This document shows, in pieces, positions 11,200-21,130 of a stretch of 64,000 nucleotides of DNA. The position numbers and the translations under genes are program-made. Location: the NCBI GenBank assembly GCA_021792405.1, contig JAJYUU010000001.1, forward strand, positions 21,590 through 85,589. The letters are read 5' to 3'. Position 1 is the stretch's first letter. The number at the start of each line of letters is the position of its first letter. Under the pieces are notes generated by a model, which was given only the letters and a program-made list of their open reading frames with translations, made no database searches and was not told the DNA's origin. The stretch comes from Actinomycetes bacterium. GTDB lineage: Bacteria > Actinomycetota > Actinomycetes > Streptosporangiales > Streptosporangiaceae.

Positions 11200-12639
11200 A
11201 TGGAGCCGACCGTGGCTAATGAACTGCAGAACTTTGTCGGCGGCCAGTGGACCGACTTGTCTTACGACAGGCGTGCTGACCTGATTGACCCCAGCACTGG
11301 CGAAATATTCGCGACCGCCCCGATATCCGGCGAGGCTGAGGTGGAAGCCGCGGTTGCGTCGGCCGCCGATGCCTTCCCCGGCTGGCGAGATGCGACGCCG
11401 GCCGAGCGCAGCCTGGCGCTGCTGCGAATCGCCGATGCGATCGAAGCCAGAGCGGATGAGTTCGTCAAGGCCGAGTCGCAGAACACCGGCAAGCCGCTCG
11501 GTCTCACCGCCTCGGAGGAAATCCCGCCGATGGTCGACCAGATCCGGTTCTTCGCCGGCGCGGCCCGGATGCTGGAGGGCCGGTCGGCCGGGGAGTACAT
11601 GGCGGGCTTCACCTCGTTCATCCGGCGAGAGCCGGTGGGTGTCTGCGCCGCTGTGACGCCGTGGAATTACCCGATGATGATGGCAGTGTGGAAGTGGGCG
11701 CCCGCGCTGGCAGCCGGCAACACTATGGTGCTCAAGCCGTCGGACACCACGCCCTACTCCACCTTGCTGATGGCTGAGCTGATGAGCGAGTTCCTGCCGG
11801 CCGGAGTGTTCAACGTCATCTGCGGGGACCGCGACACCGGCCGGGCGCTGATCTCGCACAAGGTGCCGCAGATGGTATCGATTACCGGCTCCGGCCGGGC
11901 CGGCCGGGAGGTGGCACAGGCGGCTGCAGCCGACCTGAAGCGCGTGCACCTGGAGCTCGGCGGCAAAGCGCCGGTCATCGTCTTCGATGACGCCGACCCG
12001 GAAAAGGCGGCGGCGGCTATCGCGATGGCCGGCTACTTCAACGCCGGTCAGGACTGCACGGCCGCGACCAGGGTGCTGGCCGGCTCGCGCATCCACGACG
12101 ACTTCACCGCCGCACTGGCCGAGCAAGCCAGGGCGCAGGTAACGGCAGGCCCGGACAACACCGACGCCAGCTATGGCCCGCTGAACAACGCCACCCAGCT
12201 GGACCGCGTCTCCGGGTTCATCTCCCGGCTGCCCGACCACGCCCGCGTCCTGGCTGGCGGCAACCGGGTCGGCGAGAAGGGTTACTTCTACGCCGCGAGC
12301 GTCGTCGATGGCCTCCGGCAGGACGACGAGATCATCCAGAACGAAGTCTTCGGCCCGGTGATCACCGTGCAGAAGTTCACCGACGAAGCCGAGGCGCTGC
12401 GGTGGGCCAACGGGACCGAGTACGGCCTGGCGTCCTCGGTCTGGACAACCGACCACGGCAGGGCGATGCGGATGGCCCGCGCGCTGGACTTCGGCTGCGT
12501 CTGGATCAACACCCACATCCCGCTGGTCGCCGAGATGCCGCACGGCGGCTTCAAGCACTCCGGCTACGGCAAGGACCTGTCGATGTACGGGTTCGAGGAC
12601 TACACCCGCATCAAGCACGTGATGTCCTCGCTGGACTAA
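11200..12639 (+). CDS. Gamma-aminobutyraldehyde dehydrogenase (ALDH superfamily)
   Basis: Near-complete motif agreement with actinobacterial aminobutyraldehyde dehydrogenases as I remember them: [47 protein letters not shown], catalytic Cys in GQDCTAATR, and [26 protein letters not shown] 11200 (MEPTVANEL...) is preferred to the ORF-track start 11158. Confidence 0.9.
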   Translation: MEPTVANELQNFVGGQWTDLSYDRRADLIDPSTGEIFATAPISGEAEVEAAVASAADAFPGWRDATPAERSLALLRIADAIEARADEFVKAESQNTGKPLGLTASEEIPPMVDQIRFFAGAARMLEGRSAGEYMAGFTSFIRREPVGVCAAVTPWNYPMMMAVWKWAPALAAGNTMVLKPSDTTPYSTLLMAELMSEFLPAGVFNVICGDRDTGRALISHKVPQMVSITGSGRAGREVAQAAAADLKRVHLELGGKAPVIVFDDADPEKAAAAIAMAGYFNAGQDCTAATRVLAGSRIHDDFTAALAEQARAQVTAGPDNTDASYGPLNNATQLDRVSGFISRLPDHARVLAGGNRVGEKGYFYAASVVDGLRQDDEIIQNEVFGPVITVQKFTDEAEALRWANGTEYGLASSVWTTDHGRAMRMARALDFGCVWINTHIPLVAEMPHGGFKHSGYGKDLSMYGFEDYTRIKHVMSSLD

Positions 12640-12807
12640 ATCAGCAAACCGCTCGCAGAGTCGCCTGGGGTCGGCCTCTGGGCCGCTGGCCCGGTGTGGG
12701 AGAGCCTGCGCCGGCTCGCGACCACGCTGGAACTCGCTAGCCGGGCTGGCGCCGATCCCGGGTCGGCTACGGGAGCCGGACGGCCGCGATCGAGTCCAGC
12801 ACCGCCG

Positions 12808-13728
12808 CTATCGAGAGAGTCCACCAAGGATGGGGCCGACTAGGTAGATCCGCCCGATTCCGGGTCGGTAGCCGAGGCGGGCGTTCAGGCGCTTGATCGG
12901 TGCGTTCCGCTCTTCGTTGCTGGTGTGGAGTTCGGTGTAGCCGTTGGCGAGCGCCCAGTTGATTTCTGTCGCCTTCAGGGCACCCGCGATGCCGCGTCCG
13001 CGCCAGGCCCTCCTGACGGCGGTCAGGGAGTGGCCCGCGGCCGTCGGCGCGGTCAGTGACAATTTCGCGAAGCCGACGACCTGTCCGCCGGCCAGCGCGA
13101 TGAACGTCGCCTCGGGAGAGTCAGTGGGCCGCTGCATTTGGTGCGCCATCCAGCCCTCGAACGGCTCGAGGGCGACGTCCTGGAAGCCGGGGATGTCAGG
13201 ACGGGTCTCGAGGTCGACCTCGTACATCCCGCGTGCCAGCTCCGGCCGTTGCGCCCAGGTGACGATCTCGACCCCGGCCGGCGGCTGGACCCGCCGCGGT
13301 GAGACGCCGTCCAGGCTGAGCACGAGGCCCACTTCGCGCCGTTCCTCGGTGAAGCCGCGCCGCTGGGCAACGGACAGGCTCTGCGGATCGTTGCCGGCCA
13401 CCGACACCTCCAGCTCGCGTGCCCCTCGCTCGCTGGCCCACCTGGAGATGGCCTCATACAGCGCCGTGCCAGCGCCGCGCCGGCGTTGCCCGGCCAGAAC
13501 GGTGATGAGCGCAACGACACGGCGGGCGCGATAGGCGAAGATCGCCCCGACCCCGGACCCCAGGATCACGCCATCGTCGCGGACGAGGTAGTCGATGTAA
13601 TCCCGAGCGCTGTCCCTGAACGAGTGCACCGCCTCGATCGTTACCGCGTCCTGCGGCCACACAGTGTTGTAGACCTCCAGCGAGGCCAGCTCGTCCGGCT
13701 CGCCCACGCAGGCTGTCACCTCAAGCAC
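12808..13728 (-). CDS. GNAT-family N-acetyltransferase (two tandem GNAT domains)
   Basis: 306 aa. It has two acetyl-CoA binding motifs, QRRRGAGTALY and WRGRGIAGALK (Q/RxxGxG/A). Confidence 0.8.
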   Translation of the reverse strand: MLEVTACVGEPDELASLEVYNTVWPQDAVTIEAVHSFRDSARDYIDYLVRDDGVILGSGVGAIFAYRARRVVALITVLAGQRRRGAGTALYEAISRWASERGARELEVSVAGNDPQSLSVAQRRGFTEERREVGLVLSLDGVSPRRVQPPAGVEIVTWAQRPELARGMYEVDLETRPDIPGFQDVALEPFEGWMAHQMQRPTDSPEATFIALAGGQVVGFAKLSLTAPTAAGHSLTAVRRAWRGRGIAGALKATEINWALANGYTELHTSNEERNAPIKRLNARLGYRPGIGRIYLVGPILGGLSR

Positions 13729-13857
13729 CGGGCAACACTACGCCGGCCCCTCGGACCTCAGCGACCTGATTTCGCCGCAGCGGCATCGCCTTCGTGGCAC
13801 CCGACGATGTCTTCACCGTCCGCACATCACGGTGCGGCCGCCTGAGGCGCGGTCGCG

Positions 13858-14976
13858 CTAACCGCGGCGGGCCCGGCGCCGGCGCAGGCCGAAGATCACC
13901 AGCAGGACTGCGATCAGCGCCGCGGCAGCCGGGACGACGCGCTTGAGCACCGGGAGCCCGGCAACGTCCAGCAGGTCAATCGCGTCGTTGTCGGGTGGCT
14001 GCCAGCCGGCCGGCTCCCGCTGGGCCGGTACCTGCGCGGCAGGCGATTCATGCCTGGCCGGGCGCAGCGGCGTCACCTCGGCCAGATCCCCGTCTGCGGT
14101 TTCGTCGGCAGCGGAAGCGTGCCGGCCGGCCGCCGGGGCAGCGCCGTTCAGGTCCGCCTGGTCCGCGCCGGGCTGGCCGGCCGAGCCAGCCGGACCAGCG
14201 GATTGCGGGCTGATCGGGCTGACCGCCTCCAGTCGCGTGCTGCCGGCGGTTTCCGGCGGCGCCAGGGCCAGCCCGCGATCGGCAAGCTTGGCCTTGATGT
14301 CGGCCAGCGACGCGGGACCAACTCCGTCGATGGCGAGCAACTGCTGGCCAGTCCGCCGGGTCAGGTCACCGAGGGTCTGGATGCCGTCCTGGCGCAGACT
14401 GCTCCACGCCCTGGCGCTGAGGTTGAGCACGTCGATCGGCAGCGCCTCGTCCGGTGTGCTGTCGGGCAGGGCGATCACGTTCCCGCCGCCCGGAATCTCG
14501 GCCCGTTCCGGGACATCCGCGGCTAGCGCGGGCTCGGCCGCCAGCATCGCCGCCAGGTTGTCTGCGAAGATGCCGATCAGCTTCGCTCCGACCTCGGCCA
14601 TCACGCCCCGGCCGAACTGCGCTGGCTTGCCGGTGACGTTCAGCGTCGTGTGCACAGTGACCGTGGTCTGGCCACCAGCGGCGATCAGGTGCGACCGCAC
14701 GGATGCCGATGCGGTACCCGCACCGCGGGTCTCCTTGCCAGACGCTTCCAGGGTGACCACGCGCGCGTCCTGGTCCCGCTCGGTGAACCTGGCAGTCCCG
14801 GCGTAGGTCATCGTAATCGGGCCGACCTTGACCTTGATCTTGCCGACGATGCTGTCACCTTCGACGGAGTCGAGAGTGGCGCCCGGCATGCAGGGCGCCA
14901 CCCGCTCGACGTCCAGGAGCACGTCCCATGCTCGCTCCACCGGTACCGGGACCGAGAATGAGTGCTCAAGCTCCAT
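13858..14976 (-). CDS. CoxG-like SRPBCC protein fused to an RpoA alpha-CTD-like HhH module and a C-terminal transmembrane tail
   Basis: aa 1-150 (MELEHSFSVPVPVERAWDVLLDVERVAPCMPGA...KVKVGPITMTYAG) resemble CoxG/SRPBCC. aa 179-238 (IDVLNLSARAWSSLRQDGIQTLGDLTRRTGQQLLAIDGVGPASLADIKAKLADRGLAL) follow the RNA polymerase alpha C-terminal domain pattern. The last 30 aa are a hydrophobic helix plus RRRRARRG. The gene starts 3 nt after the coxM-like stop. Confidence 0.8.
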   Translation of the reverse strand: MELEHSFSVPVPVERAWDVLLDVERVAPCMPGATLDSVEGDSIVGKIKVKVGPITMTYAGTARFTERDQDARVVTLEASGKETRGAGTASASVRSHLIAAGGQTTVTVHTTLNVTGKPAQFGRGVMAEVGAKLIGIFADNLAAMLAAEPALAADVPERAEIPGGGNVIALPDSTPDEALPIDVLNLSARAWSSLRQDGIQTLGDLTRRTGQQLLAIDGVGPASLADIKAKLADRGLALAPPETAGSTRLEAVSPISPQSAGPAGSAGQPGADQADLNGAAPAAGRHASAADETADGDLAEVTPLRPARHESPAAQVPAQREPAGWQPPDNDAIDLLDVAGLPVLKRVVPAAAALIAVLLVIFGLRRRRARRG

Positions 14977-14979
14977 GTA

Positions 14980-15837
14980 TCAGACTCCTGCCGCTGCCTC
15001 CAGAGCACGCCCGGTCAGCACCCGCGCCAGATGGCGCCGGTAGTCCGGCGCTCCGTGCAGGTCCGCAGGCGGCTGCGTTCCCTCGTCCGCACCCGCGGCC
15101 GCTTCCCGCAGCGCCTCGGGGCTGGCCTGCGCCCCGGCGGCCGCCGTCTCGACGGCGGCCGCCCGGATCGGCACCGAGCCCATGTTGGTCAGGCCGACCC
15201 TTGCCTCGGCCACGTGGCCGTCGGAGCGCCGCACCAGCGCCGCGACGCCGACGATCGCCCACGCCTGCGCGGTCCGGTGGAACTTCTCATAACGATATCC
15301 CCAGTCGGCACTGAGCTTGGGCACCCGGATGCCGGTGAGTATCTCGCCGGGCGCGAGCGCCGTGGTCAGGTAGTCGACAAAGAACTCGCCTGCCGGAATC
15401 TCCCGGCTGCCCGCAGGACCTGCGGTGATCATGGTGGCATCCAGCGCCAGCACCACCGCGGGCAGGTCACCGGCTGGGTCAGCATGCGCGATAGAGCCGC
15501 CGAGCGTGCCGCGATGCCGGACGGCCGGGTCGGCGACCGTGCCAGCGGCCTGCGCGAGCAAACCGCAATGCTCGGTGATCAGCGGATCGTGCACGAGCTG
15601 GTAGTGCGTGGTCCGGGCGCCGATCAGCAGATGATCGCCGCCATCGGTGACGCCGCGCAGCTCGTCCAGGCCACCGATATCCACCAATAGCTCCGGGTAC
15701 GCCAGCCGCAGCCGCAGCAGCGGCAGCAGGCTCTGCCCGCCCGCGATTACCTTGGCGTCCTCGCCGCCGCCGACCAGGGCGCTTACCGCATCGCCGACGG
15801 ACGACGGCCGAACATAGTCAAACTTGGCCGGGATCAT
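14980..15837 (-). CDS. Molybdo-hydroxylase FAD-binding medium subunit (CoxM-like)
   Basis: About 285 aa from [18 protein letters not shown], with the AGGQSLLPLLRLR FAD-binding motif. The ATG at 15835-15837 overlaps the coxL-like stop (ATGA). The ORF-track extension to 15966 merely reads the coxL repeat in another frame. Confidence 0.88.
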   Translation of the reverse strand: MIPAKFDYVRPSSVGDAVSALVGGGEDAKVIAGGQSLLPLLRLRLAYPELLVDIGGLDELRGVTDGGDHLLIGARTTHYQLVHDPLITEHCGLLAQAAGTVADPAVRHRGTLGGSIAHADPAGDLPAVVLALDATMITAGPAGSREIPAGEFFVDYLTTALAPGEILTGIRVPKLSADWGYRYEKFHRTAQAWAIVGVAALVRRSDGHVAEARVGLTNMGSVPIRAAAVETAAAGAQASPEALREAAAGADEGTQPPADLHGAPDYRRHLARVLTGRALEAAAGV

Positions 15838-18269
15838 GCCATGCCTCCGCTCTGCTCGGTCCCCTGTGCTGGCTGACCATGGGCTGGCTGACCATGGGCT
15901 GGCTGACCATGGGCTGGCTGACCATGGGCTGCCTGGATCGCCCGCCAGACTCGCTCCGGCGTGCACGGCATAGTGACATCCTGGACGCCAAGCGGCCGGA
16001 GCGCGTCCACGATCGCGTTGACGACGGCCGGAGTCGACGCGATCGTGCCCGCCTCGCCGACGCCCTTGACGCCGAGCCGGTTGCTGGCGGGCGTCGACGT
16101 GCGCTCGGTCCGGTACGACGGGAGGTCGGCCGCGGCCGGCACCAGGTAATCGGCCAGCGTCGTAGTGACGAGGTTGCCCGCCTCGTCGTAGACGCCCTCC
16201 TCATAGAGCGCCTGGGCGATGCCCTGCGCGATGCCGCCGTGCACCTGCCCCTCGACGATCAGCGGGTTCACCACCACGCCAACGTCGTCGACCGCGACGT
16301 AACTGCGGATGTGCACGAACCCGGTCTCGGTGTCGACCTCGGTCGCGCACAGGTGGGTGCCGTGCGGGAAGGAGAAGTTGTCCGGGTCATAGGTGGCGTC
16401 GGAGTCCAGCGAGGGCTCGACGCCCTCGGGTAGCGCGTGCGCAGCGAATGTCGCTAGCGCGACCTCCTGGATCGTCTTGCTCGCCTCCGGGTCGCCCCTG
16501 ACCGAGAAGCGCCCGGCCGAGAACTCCAGGTCGTCCGCCGACGCTTCCAGCATGGCCGCAGCAATGATCTTGGCTTTCGCCACCACCTTGTCGCACGCGC
16601 TGACCAGGGCCAGGCCGCCGACCGCGAGCGAGCGGGAGCCGTAGGTGTCCATGCCCTTGGGCGAGACCTGAGTGTCGCCGTGCAGCACCCGGATGTCTTC
16701 GAACGGTACCCCGAGCTGGTCGGCCACTATCTGGCTCCAGGCCGTCTCGTGTCCCTGACCGTGCGCGCTGGACCCGGTGACCACCTCGACCTTGCCGGTG
16801 GGCAGCATCCGGATCGACGCGTGCTCCCAGCCGCCCGCGCCGTAGGAGAGCGAGCCGAGCACCCGGGAGGGGGCCAGGCCGCACATCTCGGTGAAGGTGG
16901 AGATGCCGATCCCGAGCCGCACCTTGTCGCCGCGCTCGTTGCGCAGCCGCTGCTCCGCACGCAGCCCGTCGTAGTCGAACAGCTCTCTGGCCTTGGCCGT
17001 GGCCGCCTCGTAGTTGCCCGAGTCGTAGGTCAGCCCGCAGATGGTCGTGTACGGGAATTCCTCGTGCTTGATCCAGTTCCGCTCGCGCAACTCCAGCGGC
17101 TCGATCCCGAGCTCGGCCGCGAGCTCGTCCATGATGCGCTCGATCGCGAACGTCGCCTCCGGCCGGCCCGCGCCGCGATAGGCGTCGGTCGGCATCTTGG
17201 TGCTGAAGACCCCGGTGCACTTGAACGAGTACGCGTCCATCTTGTAGATGGCCGGGAACATGAACGCGCCCAGCAGCGGCACGCCGGGCGTGACCAGCAT
17301 CAGGTACGCGCCCATGTCGGCGAGCAGGTCAACCGACAGACCGCGGATCCGGCCGTCGGCTTCCGCAGCGATCTTGATCCGCTGCCACTGGTCCCGGCCG
17401 TGGTGCACGGTCATGTTGCCCTCAGTGCGGGTCTCGGTCCACTTCACCGGCTTGCCGACCTTGCGGCCGATCAGCACCGCGAGCACTTCCTCGGCGGTCA
17501 CCTGGAGCTTGGAGCCGAAGCCACCGCCTACGTCGGGGGCGATAACCCGCACGTTCTGCTCGGGTATGCCGAAGAACGCCGACAGCGCGAACCGCAGTAC
17601 GTGCGGAATCTGCGTGGCCGACCACAGCGTGACCTCGTCGCCAACCCACTGCGCTACTACCGCGCGCGGCTCCATCGCGCACGGAATCAGCCGCTGCTGC
17701 CGGTACGTCCGCTCCAGCACGACCGGCGCATCACTGAAGGCCGCGTCCACGTCACCGTTGGCGAAAACCCATTCATAACTCTTGTTGCCGGCCTCGTGCA
17801 CCTTCGGCGAGCCCGGATCGAGCGCTGTGCGGATATCCAGCACCGGGGGCAGCGGCTCGTAGTCCACGTCGATCGAGGCCAGTGCGTCGGCCGCGGCGTA
17901 CCGGTCGCGCGCCACCACGACCGCGACTGCCTCGCCGACGTAGCGAACCTCGTCGACGGCCATCGGCGGGTGCGGCGGGATGACGATATCCGGGGTCACC
18001 GGCCACGCGCACGGCAGGCTGCCCTGCTCTGCAGCGAAATCCGCGCCGGAGAAAGCGGCGATCACGCCGGGCTGGCCGAGCGCACCGCTGACGTCGACCC
18101 TGGTGATCTTCGCGTGCGCGTACGGGCTGCGCAGGAACGCCAGGTGCAGCATTCCGGTCAGCTTGATGTTGTCCGTCCAGTTGGTCTGGCCGGTGATCAG
18201 CTTTGCGTCTTCCTTGCGCAACCTCGCCTTGCCGAGTTCGGCGGTCGGCGCGTCGACTGTCGCGGTCAC
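15834..18269 (-). CDS. Molybdopterin-binding large subunit of a form-II CoxL-like (xanthine dehydrogenase family) enzyme
   Basis: 811 aa. It contains [15 protein letters not shown], the AYRGAGR loop diagnostic of form-II CoxL rather than the AYxCSFR loop of true CO dehydrogenase. The C-terminal tail carries (QPAHG)x4. Confidence 0.92.
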   Translation of the reverse strand: MTATVDAPTAELGKARLRKEDAKLITGQTNWTDNIKLTGMLHLAFLRSPYAHAKITRVDVSGALGQPGVIAAFSGADFAAEQGSLPCAWPVTPDIVIPPHPPMAVDEVRYVGEAVAVVVARDRYAAADALASIDVDYEPLPPVLDIRTALDPGSPKVHEAGNKSYEWVFANGDVDAAFSDAPVVLERTYRQQRLIPCAMEPRAVVAQWVGDEVTLWSATQIPHVLRFALSAFFGIPEQNVRVIAPDVGGGFGSKLQVTAEEVLAVLIGRKVGKPVKWTETRTEGNMTVHHGRDQWQRIKIAAEADGRIRGLSVDLLADMGAYLMLVTPGVPLLGAFMFPAIYKMDAYSFKCTGVFSTKMPTDAYRGAGRPEATFAIERIMDELAAELGIEPLELRERNWIKHEEFPYTTICGLTYDSGNYEAATAKARELFDYDGLRAEQRLRNERGDKVRLGIGISTFTEMCGLAPSRVLGSLSYGAGGWEHASIRMLPTGKVEVVTGSSAHGQGHETAWSQIVADQLGVPFEDIRVLHGDTQVSPKGMDTYGSRSLAVGGLALVSACDKVVAKAKIIAAAMLEASADDLEFSAGRFSVRGDPEASKTIQEVALATFAAHALPEGVEPSLDSDATYDPDNFSFPHGTHLCATEVDTETGFVHIRSYVAVDDVGVVVNPLIVEGQVHGGIAQGIAQALYEEGVYDEAGNLVTTTLADYLVPAAADLPSYRTERTSTPASNRLGVKGVGEAGTIASTPAVVNAIVDALRPLGVQDVTMPCTPERVWRAIQAAHGQPAHGQPAHGQPAHGQPAQGTEQSGGMA
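15871..15930. repeat. Perfect 4 x 15-bp tandem repeat (ggctgaccatgggct) inside the 3' end of the coxL-like gene
   Basis: Read directly: four identical 15-mers at 15871-85, 15886-900, 15901-15 and 15916-30. They encode QPAHG x4 in the coxL frame. Confidence 0.95.
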
Positions 18270-18733
18270 TGGGTCACCCCCGCCTCCGCCGCGCGCTTGA
18301 CGGCGCGGACGATGTTCTCGTAGCCGGTGCAGCGGCAGAGGTTGCCCTCAAGGCCGTCCCGGATCTCCTCTTCGGTCGGATGCGGGTTATCGCGGAGCAA
18401 GTCCGTGGTCGCCATGATCATGCCGGGCGTGCAGTACCCGCACTGCAGAGCGTGCTCCTCGTGGAAGGCTCGCTGCACCGGATGCAGTTCGCCGTTTGCC
18501 AGACCTTCAATGGTCGTCACGTCAGACCCGTCCGCCTGCACGGCCAGAACTGAGCAGCTCTTGACCGATTGCCCGTCCATCAGGACCGTGCACGCACCAC
18601 AGTTCGAGGTGTCGCACCCGATCGGCGTGCCGGTCTTGCCGATGACTTCCCTGAGATAATGGACGAGCAGCAGGCGAGGTTCGACTTGGTCGACGTACTT
18701 AACGCCGTCAACCGTGACGGTGATGTGCGTCAT
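18266..18733 (-). CDS. [2Fe-2S] small subunit (CoxS-like)
   Basis: About 155 aa from [11 protein letters not shown]. Two Fe-S cysteine clusters are present: [11 protein letters not shown] and CGYCTPG...CRCTGY. The stop overlaps the coxL-like start. Confidence 0.92.
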   Translation of the reverse strand: MTHITVTVDGVKYVDQVEPRLLLVHYLREVIGKTGTPIGCDTSNCGACTVLMDGQSVKSCSVLAVQADGSDVTTIEGLANGELHPVQRAFHEEHALQCGYCTPGMIMATTDLLRDNPHPTEEEIRDGLEGNLCRCTGYENIVRAVKRAAEAGVTQ

Positions 18734-18943
18734 TCGCTGACACCTCCGGGGACATGGCAGATGCGCCTTAGCCAAACCTAGGTCGGCGGGGCGCGCCGCA
18801 CCAGTCCCTGCAGTCGCAATTAGCGAGTTGCGTCGTCCGAAATCACCGGCGACCGGCTGGCTGGGCGCTGCGACGCGACGCCGGAACAGACCTTTCCCGC
18901 CGGGAACGCGCGGTCTCGGCTGCCGGATTGCCGCCGCGCGGCG

Positions 18944-19675
18944 TCATCCGGTCTGCAGGACATGAAAAGCCTCGGCAAGCCGGCCGTCGGGCAGCCCGGC
19001 TTGCGCTGCGGCCCGGCTCAGCCAGCCGCGCAGGAATTCCTCCAGCCCGTCCGGGTCGCTGATCTGGCTGACGTGACAGCGCAGCGCTGCTACCTTCCGC
19101 GCGAAGGTGTCGGTGATATCGACGTAGGTCGTTGGCGCCGGGCTGCCGGCAATCCAGACCTCGCGCACGGTCCACGGCTCGAGCTTCTCCTCGGCCAGCA
19201 GTTCCGGGAAGGCGAACGGGTTGCGGGAGTCCGGGTAGACAGCGTCCAGGGCGGCCGAGCCTGCGGCCCGATGATCGGGGTGGCTAGCGCCCGTGCGGGC
19301 GTAGTTGCGTTCCGGTGACTGGCATACGACCCGGTCCGGGCGCAGCAGCCTGATGACCCTTGCCAGGTCTCGGCGCAGCCCCATGGTGGCCTCGACGCGG
19401 CCATCCGGGTAGCCGAGGAAATGCAGGTCATGCACGCCCACCTGCTTGGCGGCCGCAGTCTGCTCTGCCTGCCTGATCGCCGCCATCTCGGTGCGGGATA
19501 CTGCCGGGTCGCTGCCGCCGGCCTCACCGTCGGTGACAATGCAATAGATCACCTCGATCCCGGCGTCGGTCCACTGCGCGATCGTGCCCGCTGCGCCGAA
19601 GTCAACGTCGTCGGGGTGTGCCGTTATCACCAGGACGCGGGCTACCTTCTGATCCTCAGCCACCTTCTGCTCCAT
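18944..19675 (-). CDS. PIG-L family (LmbE-like) deacetylase
   Basis: 243 aa with the VLVITAHPDDVDFGAAGT signature (AHPDD), plus HPDH. Confidence 0.85.
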   Translation of the reverse strand: MEQKVAEDQKVARVLVITAHPDDVDFGAAGTIAQWTDAGIEVIYCIVTDGEAGGSDPAVSRTEMAAIRQAEQTAAAKQVGVHDLHFLGYPDGRVEATMGLRRDLARVIRLLRPDRVVCQSPERNYARTGASHPDHRAAGSAALDAVYPDSRNPFAFPELLAEEKLEPWTVREVWIAGSPAPTTYVDITDTFARKVAALRCHVSQISDPDGLEEFLRGWLSRAAAQAGLPDGRLAEAFHVLQTG

Positions 19676-19796
19676 CTGCTCTTCGGATACCGTCCGATCC
19701 TAAGGCGGCCCCGCGGCCTGGCAGCGTGCTGGTGTTACCCGGAGGCTGAGCCGGGTACCGGGTGATCTGTCAGGCACTCAGTTAGGGTGGGAAGCT

Positions 19797-21059
19797 GTGA
19801 CGACTTTCTCGGCAGATCGGTCATATGCTCAGGAATTGGACGCTGCGGATCAGCTCGCGCCGTTCCGGGACAGGTTTGTCCGGCAGGACCGGGAACTGAT
19901 CTACCTGGACGGCAACTCCCTCGGTCCGCTGCCAGTGCGAACCCAGGCGCGGATCGCAGAGGTTGTCGACCAGGACTGGGGCGTCGGGCTGGTGCGGTCC
20001 TGGGACAGGTGGATCCAGCTACCCCGCCAGGCTGGCGACATGCTGGGCGAGCACCTCCTCGGTGCCGTGCCCGGCCAGGTGATCGTCTGCGATAGCGTCA
20101 CCGTGAACCTGTACAAGCTGGCGTGGGCCGCCGTGGACGCACGGCCGGGCCGGGACGTCGTCATCACCGACGACGACAATTTCCCGACGGACAGGTACGT
20201 GCTCCAGGGCATGGCCGCTCAGCGCGGCTGCGAGTTGCGCGTGATCCATACCGACATGGACAACGGGATCAGCGAGGAGGCACTCGCCGAAGCCCTGGAT
20301 GACCGCGTCGCCCTGGTCGCACTGTCCCATGTCGCTTATCGCAGCGGCGGGCTTGCCGACATGACGAAGCTCACCGATCTGATCCACCGGGCTGGCGCCC
20401 TGGTGCTCTGGGACCTGTGTCACTCGGTCGGCGCGGTCCCGGTCGAACTCGACGCATCCGGCGCTGACCTCGCTGTCGGCTGCACCTATAAGTACGTGAA
20501 TGCCGGACCCGGCGCGCCGGGCTTTCTCTACGTGCGCGAGGACCTGCAGGCACTGCTGTGCCAGCCCATCTGGGGCTGGTTCGGCCAGCATGACCAGTTC
20601 GCCATGGGCCCGCGCTACGACCCTGCACCCGGCATCGACTCGTTCCTCACCGGCACGCCGAACATCATCGGGTCGGTGGCAGTCGAGGAAGGCGCCCGGT
20701 TGCTTGGCGAAGCCGGCCTTGCGGCCTTGCGGGCCAAGAGCATCGAACTGACCAGCTACCTGATCGCGCTTGCCGACGAATGGCTGATGTCACTCGGGTT
20801 CATGATCGCCTCACCACGCGATGCGGCCCGACGCGGCGGTCACGTCACCCTGCGGCACGACGATGCGTGGCCCATCAGCCAGGCGCTGATCAGGGCCAAC
20901 GTGGTGGGCGATTACCGGACACCCGACCGGCTCCGGCTCGCGCCCGTTCCCCTCACCACGAGCTTCACTGAGGTATTCGACGCCATGGACCGCCTGCGCG
21001 AGGTCGCGGCTACCAAGTCCTACGCCGACGTCCCGCTAGAGCCGCACCGGGTCACCTGA
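19797..21059 (+). CDS. kynU: Kynureninase
   Basis: 420 aa with YLDGNSLGPLP near the N-terminus and the PLP-lysine region GCTYKYVNAGPGAPGFLYV, typical of kynureninase. Confidence 0.88.
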   Translation: MTTFSADRSYAQELDAADQLAPFRDRFVRQDRELIYLDGNSLGPLPVRTQARIAEVVDQDWGVGLVRSWDRWIQLPRQAGDMLGEHLLGAVPGQVIVCDSVTVNLYKLAWAAVDARPGRDVVITDDDNFPTDRYVLQGMAAQRGCELRVIHTDMDNGISEEALAEALDDRVALVALSHVAYRSGGLADMTKLTDLIHRAGALVLWDLCHSVGAVPVELDASGADLAVGCTYKYVNAGPGAPGFLYVREDLQALLCQPIWGWFGQHDQFAMGPRYDPAPGIDSFLTGTPNIIGSVAVEEGARLLGEAGLAALRAKSIELTSYLIALADEWLMSLGFMIASPRDAARRGGHVTLRHDDAWPISQALIRANVVGDYRTPDRLRLAPVPLTTSFTEVFDAMDRLREVAATKSYADVPLEPHRVT

Positions 21060-21130
21060 CACCCTGGTGCTTCGACTACGGCCTGTAGCGCTCTCCACTA
21101 CCCAATCTACGAGACCGGACTGACGGTGCG

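Noticed and set aside
15871-15930. Possibility that the 15-bp arrays (here and at 32396..32470) are CRISPR-like arrays.
   Set aside because: The units are directly adjacent with no spacers, are only 15 bp long, lie inside coding frames, and no cas genes are present.
15838-15966. N-terminal extension of the coxM-like ORF containing SPWSA x4.
   Set aside because: It is the coxL 15-bp repeat read in another frame. The conserved CoxM N-terminus ([11 protein letters not shown]) starts at the ATGA overlap at 15837.
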